From: Geosiphon pyriformis uo1
Taxonomy: Eukaryota > Fungi > Glomeromycota
Assembly (NCBI GenBank): GCA_016748015.1
Contig: JAAOMT010000003.1
Location: 252,373 to 316,372 of the forward strand
DNA length: 64,000 bases
Direction of reading: 5' to 3'
The notes beneath the pieces are model-generated. The model ran no database searches. It saw only the letters and a list, made by a program, of their open reading frames with translations, and was not told the origin of the DNA. Made by a program: the position numbers and the translations under genes. Each line of letters begins with the position of its first letter. Within the stretch, counting starts at the first letter, position 1. Below, one piece after another: positions 32,674 through 45,400 of the stretch.

Positions 32674-35600
32674 AAGATTGAGCTTCGTCGAAATCGAAGT
32701 TAATTTTTTCATTAAATTCTAAGTTACTATAGTGATTCAATACTATGTTATTAATTTGTTGTTGTAATTCTTGAAATTGCGAGTTGGTAAGTCGTCCAAT
32801 ACTGTTGGTTGTTATTATGTTCATGGTTGGGTCCAACAATAATTTGTGACAGTTTTTAAATGCTTTGAAAATTCTGTAAACTGTTTTTGAATGGAATGTA
32901 GTGTTGGTTTTTCCAATGAAAGGTTCTAATAGTTGGATAGTTGTTTTGTCAAACACTCTAGTTGAGTCTTTTGAGTATAATGTTTGTATGTTCAAGNNNN
33001 NNNNNNNNNNNNNNNNTTCTTTTTATGTATGTTATTTTGGAGCTATTAACTGTGATTTCTAGATCGGATTTTAATTGTTGTAAGCTTTCAACTAATTGTT
33101 GAGTTATATTGTTGATGTTTTCTGGAATAAGTATCATTGTTTTAATTTTGACTGTTATTTTGGAATTTTTTGCATGTGTTTTTATGGTTGTTAAATCATT
33201 TTTGCTGTGATCTAAGATTAATTATCTTTTTGAATAATGTTCAATTAAAACTATTGGTTCTAAATCTCGTGGAATTTGTTCTGGTAGAATTAAAGATAAT
33301 TGTGTTCCAATTCTGGGTGTTTTTGTTGTTATTACTGGTTTACTGTAATAGAATTTCAGCCAGTTACCATGTGCTGCTTTTCTTAATATTTTATCATCTA
33401 GTCTTAGCTTGTATGCTCTATTTCCAAGTATTTTGTGAATATAAAATGGTCCATCCCACTTGTGATCAAATTTTCCACTCCACTGTTTTTCCATTTTTGT
33501 ACGATGCAACAATACTTTATCTTCAATTTTGTAGCTAATTATATTATCTGGTAACTGGTTATCATGTCTCACTTTTTGTTGTTTTTGTGATTGTTCAATA
33601 TTTTGTGCTGCTTTTCTTCTTTTGTTTTTTAAAGTTCCCATTAATTCGTATGTTCTTCTAAGTAGTGTTTTTTGGAATGTTGTTTCCATGATAGTGTTAC
33701 TTGGATAAGTTGGGATAGTAAGTTCAATTGGTAATGTGGCTTTTCTTTCATAAACTAGTTCAAACGGTGTGAATTGTGTAGTATCTTGTTTTACTGTTCT
33801 ATATGCTAGTAGTACTGCTGGTATGAACAAATCCCATTCTTTTTCATGTTCATTACTAATTTTCGCCAGTGATTTGCATAATGTGCGATTAAATCTTTCA
33901 ACTAATCCATTTGTTTGAGGGTGGTATGGTGATGACAGTGGTCGCTTGATTCCAAATTTTTGGCTAAGTTCTTTTAAGGTGCTGTTTACGAAGTGTGTGC
34001 CTTGATCTGATAGCAATTTTTATGAACATCCATGTTGGCAAATTAAGTCTTCATGTACAAATTAAGCTATGGAAATAGCATCAGCTGTTTTAATAGCTCT
34101 AGCTTCTGGCCATTTGGTGAGATAGTCTATGGCTACTGCAATATAATGGTTGTTTCTTGTTGTTATTAGTAAGGGTCTAACTAAATCAATTCTGATTCTG
34201 TCAAATGGCTGTCCAACTTTTATTGGTCTTAACAATTCTGTTGTTTTTGCTTCTCCTCTTCGTTGGCATGGGTCACAATTTCTTATGTATTGGATTATGT
34301 CTGAACTCATTTTTGGCCAATAGTAATGGCTAGTTGCACATTGGATGCTTGCTGTTTTTCCAAAGTGGCCTGAATGAATATCTGAGTGCATGTTAAATAA
34401 GATAGTTTCTTTTTCATCCATGGTTATAACTCTTAATAGATTATCTGGATTTTGTCAATTCCGGTAATAAAGTATGTGATTTTGGATAAAATAGTGTTTT
34501 GCTAATTTTTGGAGCTTAATTAGCTCTTTTACTGGCATTTCTTTGTCTATTTGTAGTGTTTTCAAGTATTGGCTGAGGTTTTTGTAAAGGTAGTTGTTCA
34601 TTGTTGTTGTGACAGATGGGTTGGTGATTTTTATGTATGTCTCATTCTTGACAAACAGTCGGCATTAGCATTTTTGGTACCTTCTTTGTATTTGATAATA
34701 TAATCATATGGTGCTAACATTTGTGACCATCTGATGTATTTTCCTTTTAGCGCTTTCTTGTTATTTAACCAGACCAGACCTCTATGATCTGTCGTAATCT
34801 CAAAGAGTTGGTACTGTAAATATGTGTTAAAGTGAACACAACTCTAAACTACTGCTAAGTATTCAAGTTCATGTGTTGCATAGTTTTGTTCTGCCATACT
34901 GAGACTTCTGCTGGCATAAGCAATTACACGTTCTCTTCCATTATCATCTTTTTGTAACAGAATGGCTCCAAGTCCAGTTCCAGAGGCATCTGTGGCCAAA
35001 CTGAATTTCTTGTTGAAATTTGGATAGATCATTATTGGTGATTCAATGAGCTTTTGTCTAAGGTACTCAAAAGCTTTTTGTTGTGCTTCAGTCCATTCAA
35101 ACTTCATATTTTTAGATAGTAGGTAATTAAGGGATTTGGCAATGTTTGAAAAGTTTTTTACAAAGTGGCAGTAGTAAGATGCGAGTCCTAAAAAGCTTCT
35201 AACTTCTGAAACATTTTGAGGTACTGGAAAATTTTTCACTTTGTTTATTTTTGATGGATCTGGTTTTATTCTATCTTTTCTAACTATGTGTCCTAAAAAT
35301 GCTAGCTCATTTTTCCCAAAGAAACATTTTTCTAGATTTAGTTTAAGTCCAGTGTGTCTCAATCTTTCAAAAACTTGTTGTAAATGTTGGAAATGATCTG
35401 TGAATTTTGACAAGAAAACATTTGTATCATCCAAGTAGACAACAACGGATTGCCACAGGATTCCAGAGTAAATTACGTCCATTAGTCTTTGGAATGTCGT
35501 GGGAGCATTTGTTAATCCAAATGGCATTACATTGAATTCATAATTGCCATTTTGTGTTGTGAATGCTGTTTTATGCCTGTCCTTTGGGTTCATTTTCACT

Positions 35601-35739
35601 TGCCAGTACTCACTGGTTAAGTCCAGTGTAGAAAACCATTTTGCTTCTCCAAAAACGTTGAAGATTTCGTCAATTAACGGTATTGGGTATGAGTCTTTGG
35701 TTGTTTTGCTGTTTAGTTTGCGATAGTCGATGCAAAATC
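32659..35739 (-). mobile_element. Gypsy-B internal region: RT, RNase H, separate integrase, extra 3' ORF; 5'-truncated
   Basis: FCIDYRKLN, YLDD, LATDAS; HHCC (HSDIHSGH..CDPC), SDQGTHF, PQTNGLVER, WDGPF. N gap at 32997-33016. Confidence 0.93.
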
Positions 35740-38700
35740 AGCTCATCACCTACCACCAGGTGGTTTAAAACCACTTTGCAGAAAAGGCACTCCAGAACAC
35801 TTTGAATAATATGACCCTTGTTTAACTCAAAGCTTTCCATTCTTTTGTCAATTGCTGACCTAATATGAGACTCTTTAACACGTTCTGATTCCAACAACTT
35901 AGACAAACAGTAAAATTTCCTAATCCTGGCCAAAGTTGACCAAATAGTATCAAAATGGGAACCCAAAAGAAAAAAAAACTTAACAATAGAGGCATTAGCA
36001 GAATTAAGACTGCTCTACAAATCAAGCAGGGAAACAAACTCCTCATGAGAAACCAGATGCAAAGCCCTTACAATTCTTGACACCAAAAGTTTTAATTTAT
36101 GAAACTTGGAGGATGCTTTATTAAAGACACTATTATAGTCCTTTAACTATTTCTTCTTGAAAACACCCTCAGTTAATAAACACATAACCTGGCAAAGAGC
36201 ATTTCACATTGAGTCTAAATCTGAATTATTTACAGCAGCACAAAACTTATTATGAAACATGGCAGCATTTGCTGTCATATCCTTTTTGAACTTGACCCAT
36301 TTATTATCATCAGCACTCTTAAAATTGTATTTCCAACAATCTTTATTCGCCTGTTTGCACAGTGAGTTCAGCCACACATCCAGTAAACCACCAAGATTCA
36401 CAGAGACAGAAATGGCATTATGATTGATATTAAAATATTCAACAACAGCAGCCACATTACAATTCACTATTGCATTGACCAAATTAAATAAAACAATAAA
36501 ACAAATAAGTAATCAATAGTTTTGGCAGTACCCCAAGAATTGCTTCATGTCACTGATTTCGCAAATGAGCTCCCACCCAAAGAATTGACTAAATTCATAT
36601 CAAAACATTTTTTGAAGCTAGTACTCTTGTAAGAATCATTTTTATTAAAATCACCATCCAAGATAACGAAAGAAGACTCATTTACAGCCTTAACAATCAT
36701 AGAATTAATATTATCTGCTTGAGAAGAACATGTCACCAGAGAAGCCCCAGCATAAAGTCTCAGAATCAACACAGAAAGTTTATTTTTGAAGAGTAATCTG
36801 ATAGAAATAAGCTGGCCAGAAACATCCAAAACCTTACACACATGCTGAGCCAAAGAATTGTTCATAATTATTGCCACACCAGAACCCAAATGGTCAGCAT
36901 CTAAACCTGAAGTAAAAACCTGAACACCATCAAACTTGTTCATGATCTATGGACAAATCTTACCTTTCAGCTTAGTTTCAGTAACAATTGAAATCAAATT
37001 GCCCACGTTTTTATGCCAACAAACAATGTTATCTTGTTTTGCAAGATTGTTTATGCCTTGAACGTTACACATAGCCACCTTTTAAATGATGTTAGTCATT
37101 GAGAGGAAAGTGTTTCAGAACCCAAACCAGCATTTTCCAACCTGGCCAAAAGGCCCATAATAGTTTTAGATAAATTATCCAAAGTATTCTCCAACTTAGA
37201 AACTACTGACAGATTGTAAACAACCATCTCAGCAACAGTTTCACCACTAGTGACTGCACCCAAACCCTCACTCATTACTGTATCTACTGTTACCAGAGAT
37301 TTTTGGTCTCTTCTTAGCTCTTGTATGTTTGTTGTAATGCTGTTAATTTACGACTATGAGAAGTGTTTGAACCTCTGATAACTGAATTTATCTTCAAATT
37401 ATCTCCTATAATTTGAACTGCTGGGCTTATAAGTGGAATGGCCAATTCCATGCCAGTTGCTTTGTGTAGTTACATTGTAGTAAATATCAACTTTTTCCCA
37501 GGAATTGCTTATCTAAAAGCTCACTAAAAATTTGTAGTTACTTTGCTGTGAAAGTCAACTCTTTTACAAAAATCTTGTCTGTAGGTTACCTTAATGATTA
37601 TAATAAGAAAATAAAAGAAAAAAAATAAAAGAAATATAAAAGAAAATTGAATTCTGTCAAGGAAATTGTTTTTGATCCAGGCCTGGAGTCACTAACAGTT
37701 TATTGAAATTAGTAGCTAATCAATTTCAAAACGTTAGTTGGTTTTTGAGAATTTTCCAAGTGTAATAATTAAAGAATTTGGGAGTTTTTTTTTGAATTAT
37801 TTGATATTTATTTCTTTTTGTGTATATAGAAATGGTTCTAAGTAATAAATCTAAAATAAGATACATTTTTTCAAAAAAAGAAGCTCTTCTTTTATACAAT
37901 TTGTCATAACACTATTCTATAAACTTGAACTTTGCTATTTTCTATAATTTCACTGAACTAGAGATACATTTTGGCAAACTATAAATTATTTCTGCAAACT
38001 ATTAGATATTTCAGTGAATTATCAATTATTTTGGCAAATTTCTACAAATTTTGGTGAACTTTTTGAATGTTATATAGTTTGGTGTATTGCATGATTGATC
38101 ATCACAATTAAGTTACATTTGTGTTATGTACAAATTGGGTTATTAATTAAATGATAATTTCAGATATTTTTTTAATGTAATAAGTGATAATTTGGGACAA
38201 TAATATATGCTAACTAATAATAAAAATTATAAGGGTAATTTCATGCTAAACAATATCTCTAATTTCATTTGGTAACACTGCCCCTTAATTCTGTAATGAA
38301 GAGGTCATCAATGGCTAACATCCAGGACCATGCTGGGAAACCATTGGTCCAAGTGCATCCAACTTCTTGGCCAGCTTATCAACTTGCTTAGCAAGACTGG
38401 CAAGACTGCACTCGAGAGTAGCAAACCTATTATTCATATCCAAAGAAAACTGAAGGGAAGGTACAACAGCTGACTGCAAACTGTTACCAGAAAGAGATGA
38501 CGAAACCACACAAAAACTGGAACCACCAGCAACTTGAGTCCAAGTTTTACTAGTGAAAACCATAAAACAGGAGATAAGAGCCAGCTTCTTCTTATAAATG
38601 CTAGCCAGACAAACTCGATTCTGTTTAAAAAATACCCATTTGTCACAAACACCAGAATTCCCACCCAAAGGATAGTTGATTGTAATATGACCAAATTGTT

Positions 38701-40098
38701 TGCACTGAGTACAACTGGCCAAAGAAAGACCAGTCCACTGCAAACTCACACCCTTGAAAATAAGAACGGTACCAATAGCAGCCAACTTGGATGCCATTCT
38801 CAAAACAAATAATCACACACCTATTATGAACATATGAGCTCGAATTACAGCCAATAAAACATGTTCTCCTACTATAAGCCTCCACTAACTCAGAAAAATT
38901 GTGTGCAGTAGTACCAACTGAAAGAGTGTACAACAAAGCATGATAACAGTTCCTTGAAATCCATAGCTCCTTGTCATTAATGGCCAAAGCCACGCACACA
39001 AAATCCTTACTCACGAGAACCAATCATTTAAAAGCAACCAAACAGACAGTCTTAGTAGACTCAAATTCTACCAAAGCCCAATCAACTGCATCTTGATTGA
39101 TTTAATTTTGCCAAATTTGAAGAACACTGTCTCAATTACTGATTTGGAAAGATCTACTGGGATCTCCTTGATGATTATTTCTCAATCCGAACAGCTGTTG
39201 ATTTTTTTGAGATCATTATTCACAATAATTTTTTTATTGATCGCCATTTCTTTGGCCTTATTCAAACTAGACTCACTTATGAAAGTTGACCGAATGACAC
39301 CAGAAAATTTTGAGGAAGTTGAGGCTTCCCCAAAATCATCAATTTTGTAAAAAATTTTTTTTATTGAAATGAGCTTATCACTATTAGTTTTGTCAGGCAC
39401 AGCAAACAAATTCACATCCAGAGCAAATGATTTAATTGGACCAAAACTATGACTCTCAAGGATATGTAACTTGAAAGGATGCATCTAATTAGATCCAAAA
39501 TTTTTAGGAAGTGGCAACATGAAAGCTTCATTGTCATTGTTTACATTGTCAAAAGAAGGTGCCTTAAGAGGTTGTTCTAACACAATTGTTTTGGTGTGAG
39601 TTTTTCACGGCGTTACATTATTTATGGTATTATTGTTTACTGAGGTATTTGAATTTGCATAACTGGTCTCTTCTGCAACTGTGTTTTTCATGTTATCAAC
39701 ATCTGACAGGCTGCTGATACTGCTGATTTTGCTTCTCACTTTACTGTCCCAAGACACCATAGGTTGACCACCAATGACACCAAGATCCTCGAGACTCAAG
39801 AGTTCAGCAGATGAATTGACTACACTATCATCAGCAGCAGGCTTCTTTGGCTTTTTATACAATGCACCACGAAAGTAAACATTCTCCACATGCTTTTTTT
39901 TGGTGCCAAGACAAATTCTCAAACTGGCCAAACCTAAACCCGAACCACCAGCAGAAGAGCCTACCAGTTCTATTACAACAAAAATAGGTATACTGAAAGA
40001 AATAACTTAAAGTGAGAAAAGAGAAAAGGGAAAAAGGAAAGCTATTCTATCAATAAATTCTTCACTCTCATTGTGGTTAGAGAATTGATGAGAAAAAA
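35733..40098 (-). mobile_element. LINE-c (subfamily B): 5' UTR, ORF1, APE and linker; 3'-truncated and interrupted by solo LTR-A
   Basis: Its 5' UTR and ORF1 start match 63400-63558. CTQCKQFGH knuckle; ATGA junction at 37096-37099; APE motifs (TETKL, LYAGAS, GDFN). Confidence 0.9.
37288..38277. mobile_element. Solo LTR family A (990 bp)
   Basis: TGTTACCA...TGGTAACA termini with a 4-bp TSD, CTAC (37284-37287) / CTGC (38278-38281). Removing it restores the LINE-c ORF1 frame. Confidence 0.9.
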
Positions 40099-43000
40099 AA
40101 GTTATTTGTATTATGCAAATATTATATTTAATAATAGCAAAAAAATTTTAAATTAGTTTTTAAAAAAAAATTTATAAATACATAATAATAATTAAAATTT
40201 AAAAAAAATTTTATATTATAATATTAACAAAAAGTTTGTATTATAATATTAATATTATTATACAATCAAAATTAAAAAACTTACAAAAAACTAATCACAA
40301 TTAAATTAAAAATATTAAAAATTAATATGCCAAGAAAATATTTTTATAATATTATATATAATAAATTTAATATTTTTTATAGAAATAATTTTTTAGTTTT
40401 AAAAAATATTTTAACTTAGTTTCTTGTTTTTATTGTAAATTTTGTAGTAAAAAATACTTTAAAAAAAATTAAAAACTGTAATAAATTTTGTAAAATATTA
40501 GTTTTATTTAAAAACAGTTTGATTAAAATTAAAATATATAAAAAATTTATCGGATATTTTGGTAATATATATATTAATAAAGTTTATTAAGTTATAATTA
40601 ACTTTGATTTAATTAATAGATATAAAATACATAATAATTTAAATTAAAATAATTTTTTTTTGTTATATAAAATAAAAAAATATAAAACTTAGTTTAATTT
40701 TGTGTAAAAAATATGTGTAAAAAATAGAATATATTGTTAAAAAAAACTAAAAACTAAAAACTAAAATAATTTGGTTAAAATTTTTTTTAATATGACTGTA
40801 TATTATTTTTTATTATATAATATAAAAACAGTTAAGTAGATTTAAGTTAAAAACAAAATGATAAATTTAATTATTTATTAATATAAATAAGATTCTTAAT
40901 AAATTTTTTAATTATTAAGTTTTTGATTTACAAGTTTTAAAATAAATGCTATAATATTTACTTTAGTTTTTAATTAAATTGTTAGTTAATTTTTTGAATA
41001 ATTTTCTGGCTAATATAACTTGTATTTTTTTAAGTATGATGTGTTTTTTGTTTTAAAAATAAAATTTTTATAATATAAATATACTATATTAGTTAATTTA
41101 ATAGTGTGGTTTAATTATTTAAGCAGTTTGATATTGTTTTTATAAACCAATTATTAAATAGTTATAGTTTTTGTTTTAGTTTAAAAAAAAATTTATTATT
41201 AAAGAAACTTGATTTTAAAAATCTTATTTTTTTGTAGTTTAGTATTGTTATAAATTTTACTAAAGTTAATAGTTTTATTAATAATAATTTTTTTACTTTA
41301 TTTTATTATATTATTAATGCTTATTTAATTTTAATAGCTTTGGAATAATTAAGATAAGTTTGTATAAAAAATGTTTGAATGTGGTTTTAGTTTATATAAA
41401 TAGTTCTGTTAAAATTTTGGAATTTTTTAATATTATTAGTAAGATGTTCACATTTTTTTGAATCTGAATTTGGGTATTAGATATGTGGTTTATGAACTGA
41501 TATTACTGATTTTGGCTGAGTTGCAAGTAATTGCTTTGGTTTTGAATTGTGTTCTAGTTTTAAGTATGATAATTGTTTATTTAGATAATTAAACATCTTT
41601 TGTTTCATATAAGTTAGAACTGAGTCTGTCTGGTTCTGATTTTTTTAATTGCTACTAAATAAAAAGATAGCACATTTGTAATATTATTTATGAAATTGAA
41701 TAACTAAGTTACCAAGAAAATATTTGCAAAACTAAATTTATTAGCATTAAAAATTGGCTTTATAAATGAGAAATGCTTTTAAAATAAAAGATTCAAAATC
41801 ATATTTAGCAATTGAGGTAATTTCTTTGGGAAATTAAATAATTGATATTAAAACTCACCTTGTTAATATTATATTATCTAATAAATTTTTTATCATTAAG
41901 AAGATTAAAAATTATAAAGAAACAATGACAGAGATATTTCGAAAGTGAAAATAAAAATGAAATTATTATGCTTGAGTAACATTTACCCATTTATTATAAG
42001 GGGCTTAGTCATAAACTTTAAAGTCTGGTATCCTATTAAATTTACCCTTAACATTAATCATTAGCATCATCAGTATTACTTTGGATTATTTTGGTCAACT
42101 TATTACATTTAACGTGCATTAAGATCGAGTGACATATTATTAAAAAAATTGGTGCGAATGAATGTGATAAAGGTATACTTGGGGTTTTTTATAAGAAATG
42201 TTTCGGGAAGTTGACACTGTAATGAGAAATTAAAATAAAGCCATTGTATAATAATTTGAAAAAAAAGCGAGATTATATAGAGGGTCATTTTAAAATTGTT
42301 TTGGGGAATCCGTGCATATTTCAATAATGATATTTAATAAATGTAAACAGACTAAAAATTAACATTAAGGAATGTAAAATGAGATAAAATTTACTAAGCC
42401 ATTTTAAAATAGAATAATTTATTTATAATATTTTTACAGTTCTATTTGAAAAAGTTTTTTGTTGCGTAAATATTTTTTAAATCAAATTTATAAAGAATAA
42501 AGGTAAAGCGAAAATCTTCAATTCAGATAAATTCTTTGATGGAAACCTGGAATCTAGCATTAGTTTGAGAAAAAAAACTTGAATTTAAAAGTAAATTGAA
42601 TTTATTTTTTCGACCTAATAACTTGTTTCAAATGCTAAAAATTATTATTTTACCCACTAAAAATAATGCCATATTTTACAATAATGATATTAAAAATAAT
42701 AAAACACTTAAATTGGATTCAATTATTCTTAAAATGTCAAGAGGGTTTTTTCGTCGGTCAGTTAAAATTTTAGAAAATTTTGTAAAAAAATAAAAACACA
42801 ATTGAATAGTATTTTCAGGAATAAGATTTTCAGTTTTTATATTTTTTAAGATTCAAAAGTTACAAAAATTTAATTTGGATCACCGAATCTCCAGAATTTT
42901 AAAATACACTGTGAATAAATGAGTTTTATAGGAGAACCTAGAAAAAATTTTTAAAGATGAATTTCTATTTAATAATAATCTAATATAATTATTTCAAGAA

Positions 43001-44709
43001 ATTAGAAATTTTTATTAACTTGGTCATTAATTACTAAGAGTAAGCAAATAATAATAATATTTTAATTTAATATCTCTGATCTTTAATAATCCAAGTTTCC
43101 TATTTTATATTTTGACCAAATTAATTTTAGCTTTTTCAAAAAATTCGCAATAATATCACGATATTTTAAACCAACCATTTAATTTACACTACGATAAAAA
43201 TTGAGGAGATTTTATTTCATTCTCTTGTCTTAACTATGTTCATGTTATCAGTTTTTTATAGAGCAATTATTTTAAAAAATTTTATCAAAAACAAAAATTA
43301 TTACTAAAGTGTTAGTCAAATTAGTTATTATTTTGAATAACCTAAAAATTATATACATAAATAATTTCAATTAAATCCTAAATAAGTAACTTTAAACATT
43401 AATAGCAATGAAGGTAATAAATTGCCAATATCAAAGGAATATTTCTGGTTATGGCATCTTCAAATTATTTTTTATATCCATATATCAGGCAGTTGAGAGA
43501 TTGGCTCTTGCTATTATGTGGCTAGAAAACAAATTTAGTGAACTGAGGAATAGCTATATAAAAAAAGAGATTATCAATAAGGAGGAATTGCAAACTCTGT
43601 ATAATATGTCATACTAACTTGAATTCCAAATACTGTCAAATATATCACTCCCTTTTTATTTTTTTGTGAATTTTCAACTTAAACAATATTTTAATAAAAC
43701 AAATATTTATAAATATAAATAGTAAATATGTAAATTTTATTATTATTATTATTATTATTATTATATTGTTTTTTATAAATATTTCATGGTGTGTATTAAG
43801 ACGGCCTTGAGCGTATGGAAATAAGTAATCAACTAAATTTTATTATTTTAATATTTCGTTTGTGTGATGGCCCATTAATCATATACTTGTTTTAAATTTA
43901 TAAAATTGATTAATATTTACTAAGTTTAAACACTAAAATTTTCTTCAAGCTTTATTTCAAAAACCCTTGCATTTAAAATCAACAATGGAAAGAAAGTGTT
44001 TATGATTATTTCTTGATTCGGTTTTCCAAGACTGATCTAAAATCTGTAAAAAATGAAAAAGTTTTTTCTATTTATTCAAATCTTTTTGGTCCTGATATAC
44101 AGAAATAAAAGCGTTCCGAAATTTTTTTTATTTAAAACTTTTCATTGAAATTTGACCGACTACTCCAAACCACTTTTTGCTAAAATTACTTACTGGCCAA
44201 CATGGAAATTTGTATAATTTCGGAAATCTATTAATTTTTCACCTCTATAGTATATATGTAAGTTTTATAATAAGACTGGTCAACATAATTATTTTACATT
44301 TTTATTATTCCGAAACGACTTAAAATTATATGACTTAAAAACCATTTTGCAAGTACCATCTTTTATTCTGAAAATTTTTAAACTTGTCAACAGGAAAAAT
44401 CCTGATCAAGGAAATTTAAGCCATAAATTTCCTGTAAACTTTAAATTGTAGTTGGACTCTTTCCAAGTATCGGGGTTGCGCAGCCAAATGCCGTGTATCA
44501 TATTTGGTCTAGTTCACTTAACTTATTTCACTCATGAAGTAATGACCGGTAAACAACGCCCCTGTTTATATGTGTATCATTATCATCTAATCCAACACCC
44601 TAAAGTGTTTTTCCACTAATTGTAATATCTTGATACTTCAAAAAATGACTCTTTTTATTTGTTACAAAGTTTTAAGCTGATAGTAGCTGTTAAAACTAAT
44701 ACTCCATGT

Positions 44710-45400
44710 AGGATTCTTCGTTAAGAAGCGACTCAATTAACAAAAGAACTCTTTATTATCCGAAAATTTTACAGATGGGACCCCTGATGACGAATCTCAA
44801 ATGAGTTTAGCCTTAATTGACAGGGCTGTTGACCTACTTGCGAATTTTAAAACTGAACATATTAAACACCTCGTACCAGTTTTATCTGCTATTTTCGCGA
44901 TAAGACCCCAAGTTTTTCATACCGATTATGACGAGCATTTGCTTGTTTTCACCCCTGTGGAAGATTTTACAACGGATTCTGAGTGGGCAAAATGTCTTGT
45001 TGATTTTTTTAATAACTTGATATCAAACCGTCGTGTTGGTGTTTCTTTGGAAGAGGTTTTTTATCCACATTAAAGTTTTACTCCCTATTAGGGATAATTT
45101 ACTAAATTACTCAATGAACTTTTTGCAATTCATTATAATTTTTTAAAAGACAATTAATTATCTAACTTTGATGCGGCAACTTATCCTTTTGATTCGTTTC
45201 TTTGTCAAGTTGATAAAAATTTACGAGCTTGATCCTATGCTATATCTTGACGAAGAGCATAAGAAAAAAATTACCAGAAGCTTCGAACTTCTCGAACTAA
45301 CTCTTTATGGCACTATCGATTCTTTGTCACAAGAAAATGGAATGAATTTTGATTTGTTTCGAGGTACGTTTTGGTTCAATTAATATTTCTGATTCATAGT
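44710..45400 (+). pseudogene. Possible degenerate host gene of unknown function
   Basis: CpG-retaining, coding-like composition; ORFs 44801-45073 and 45168-45383 are flanked by in-frame stops; no motif recognised. Confidence 0.3.
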
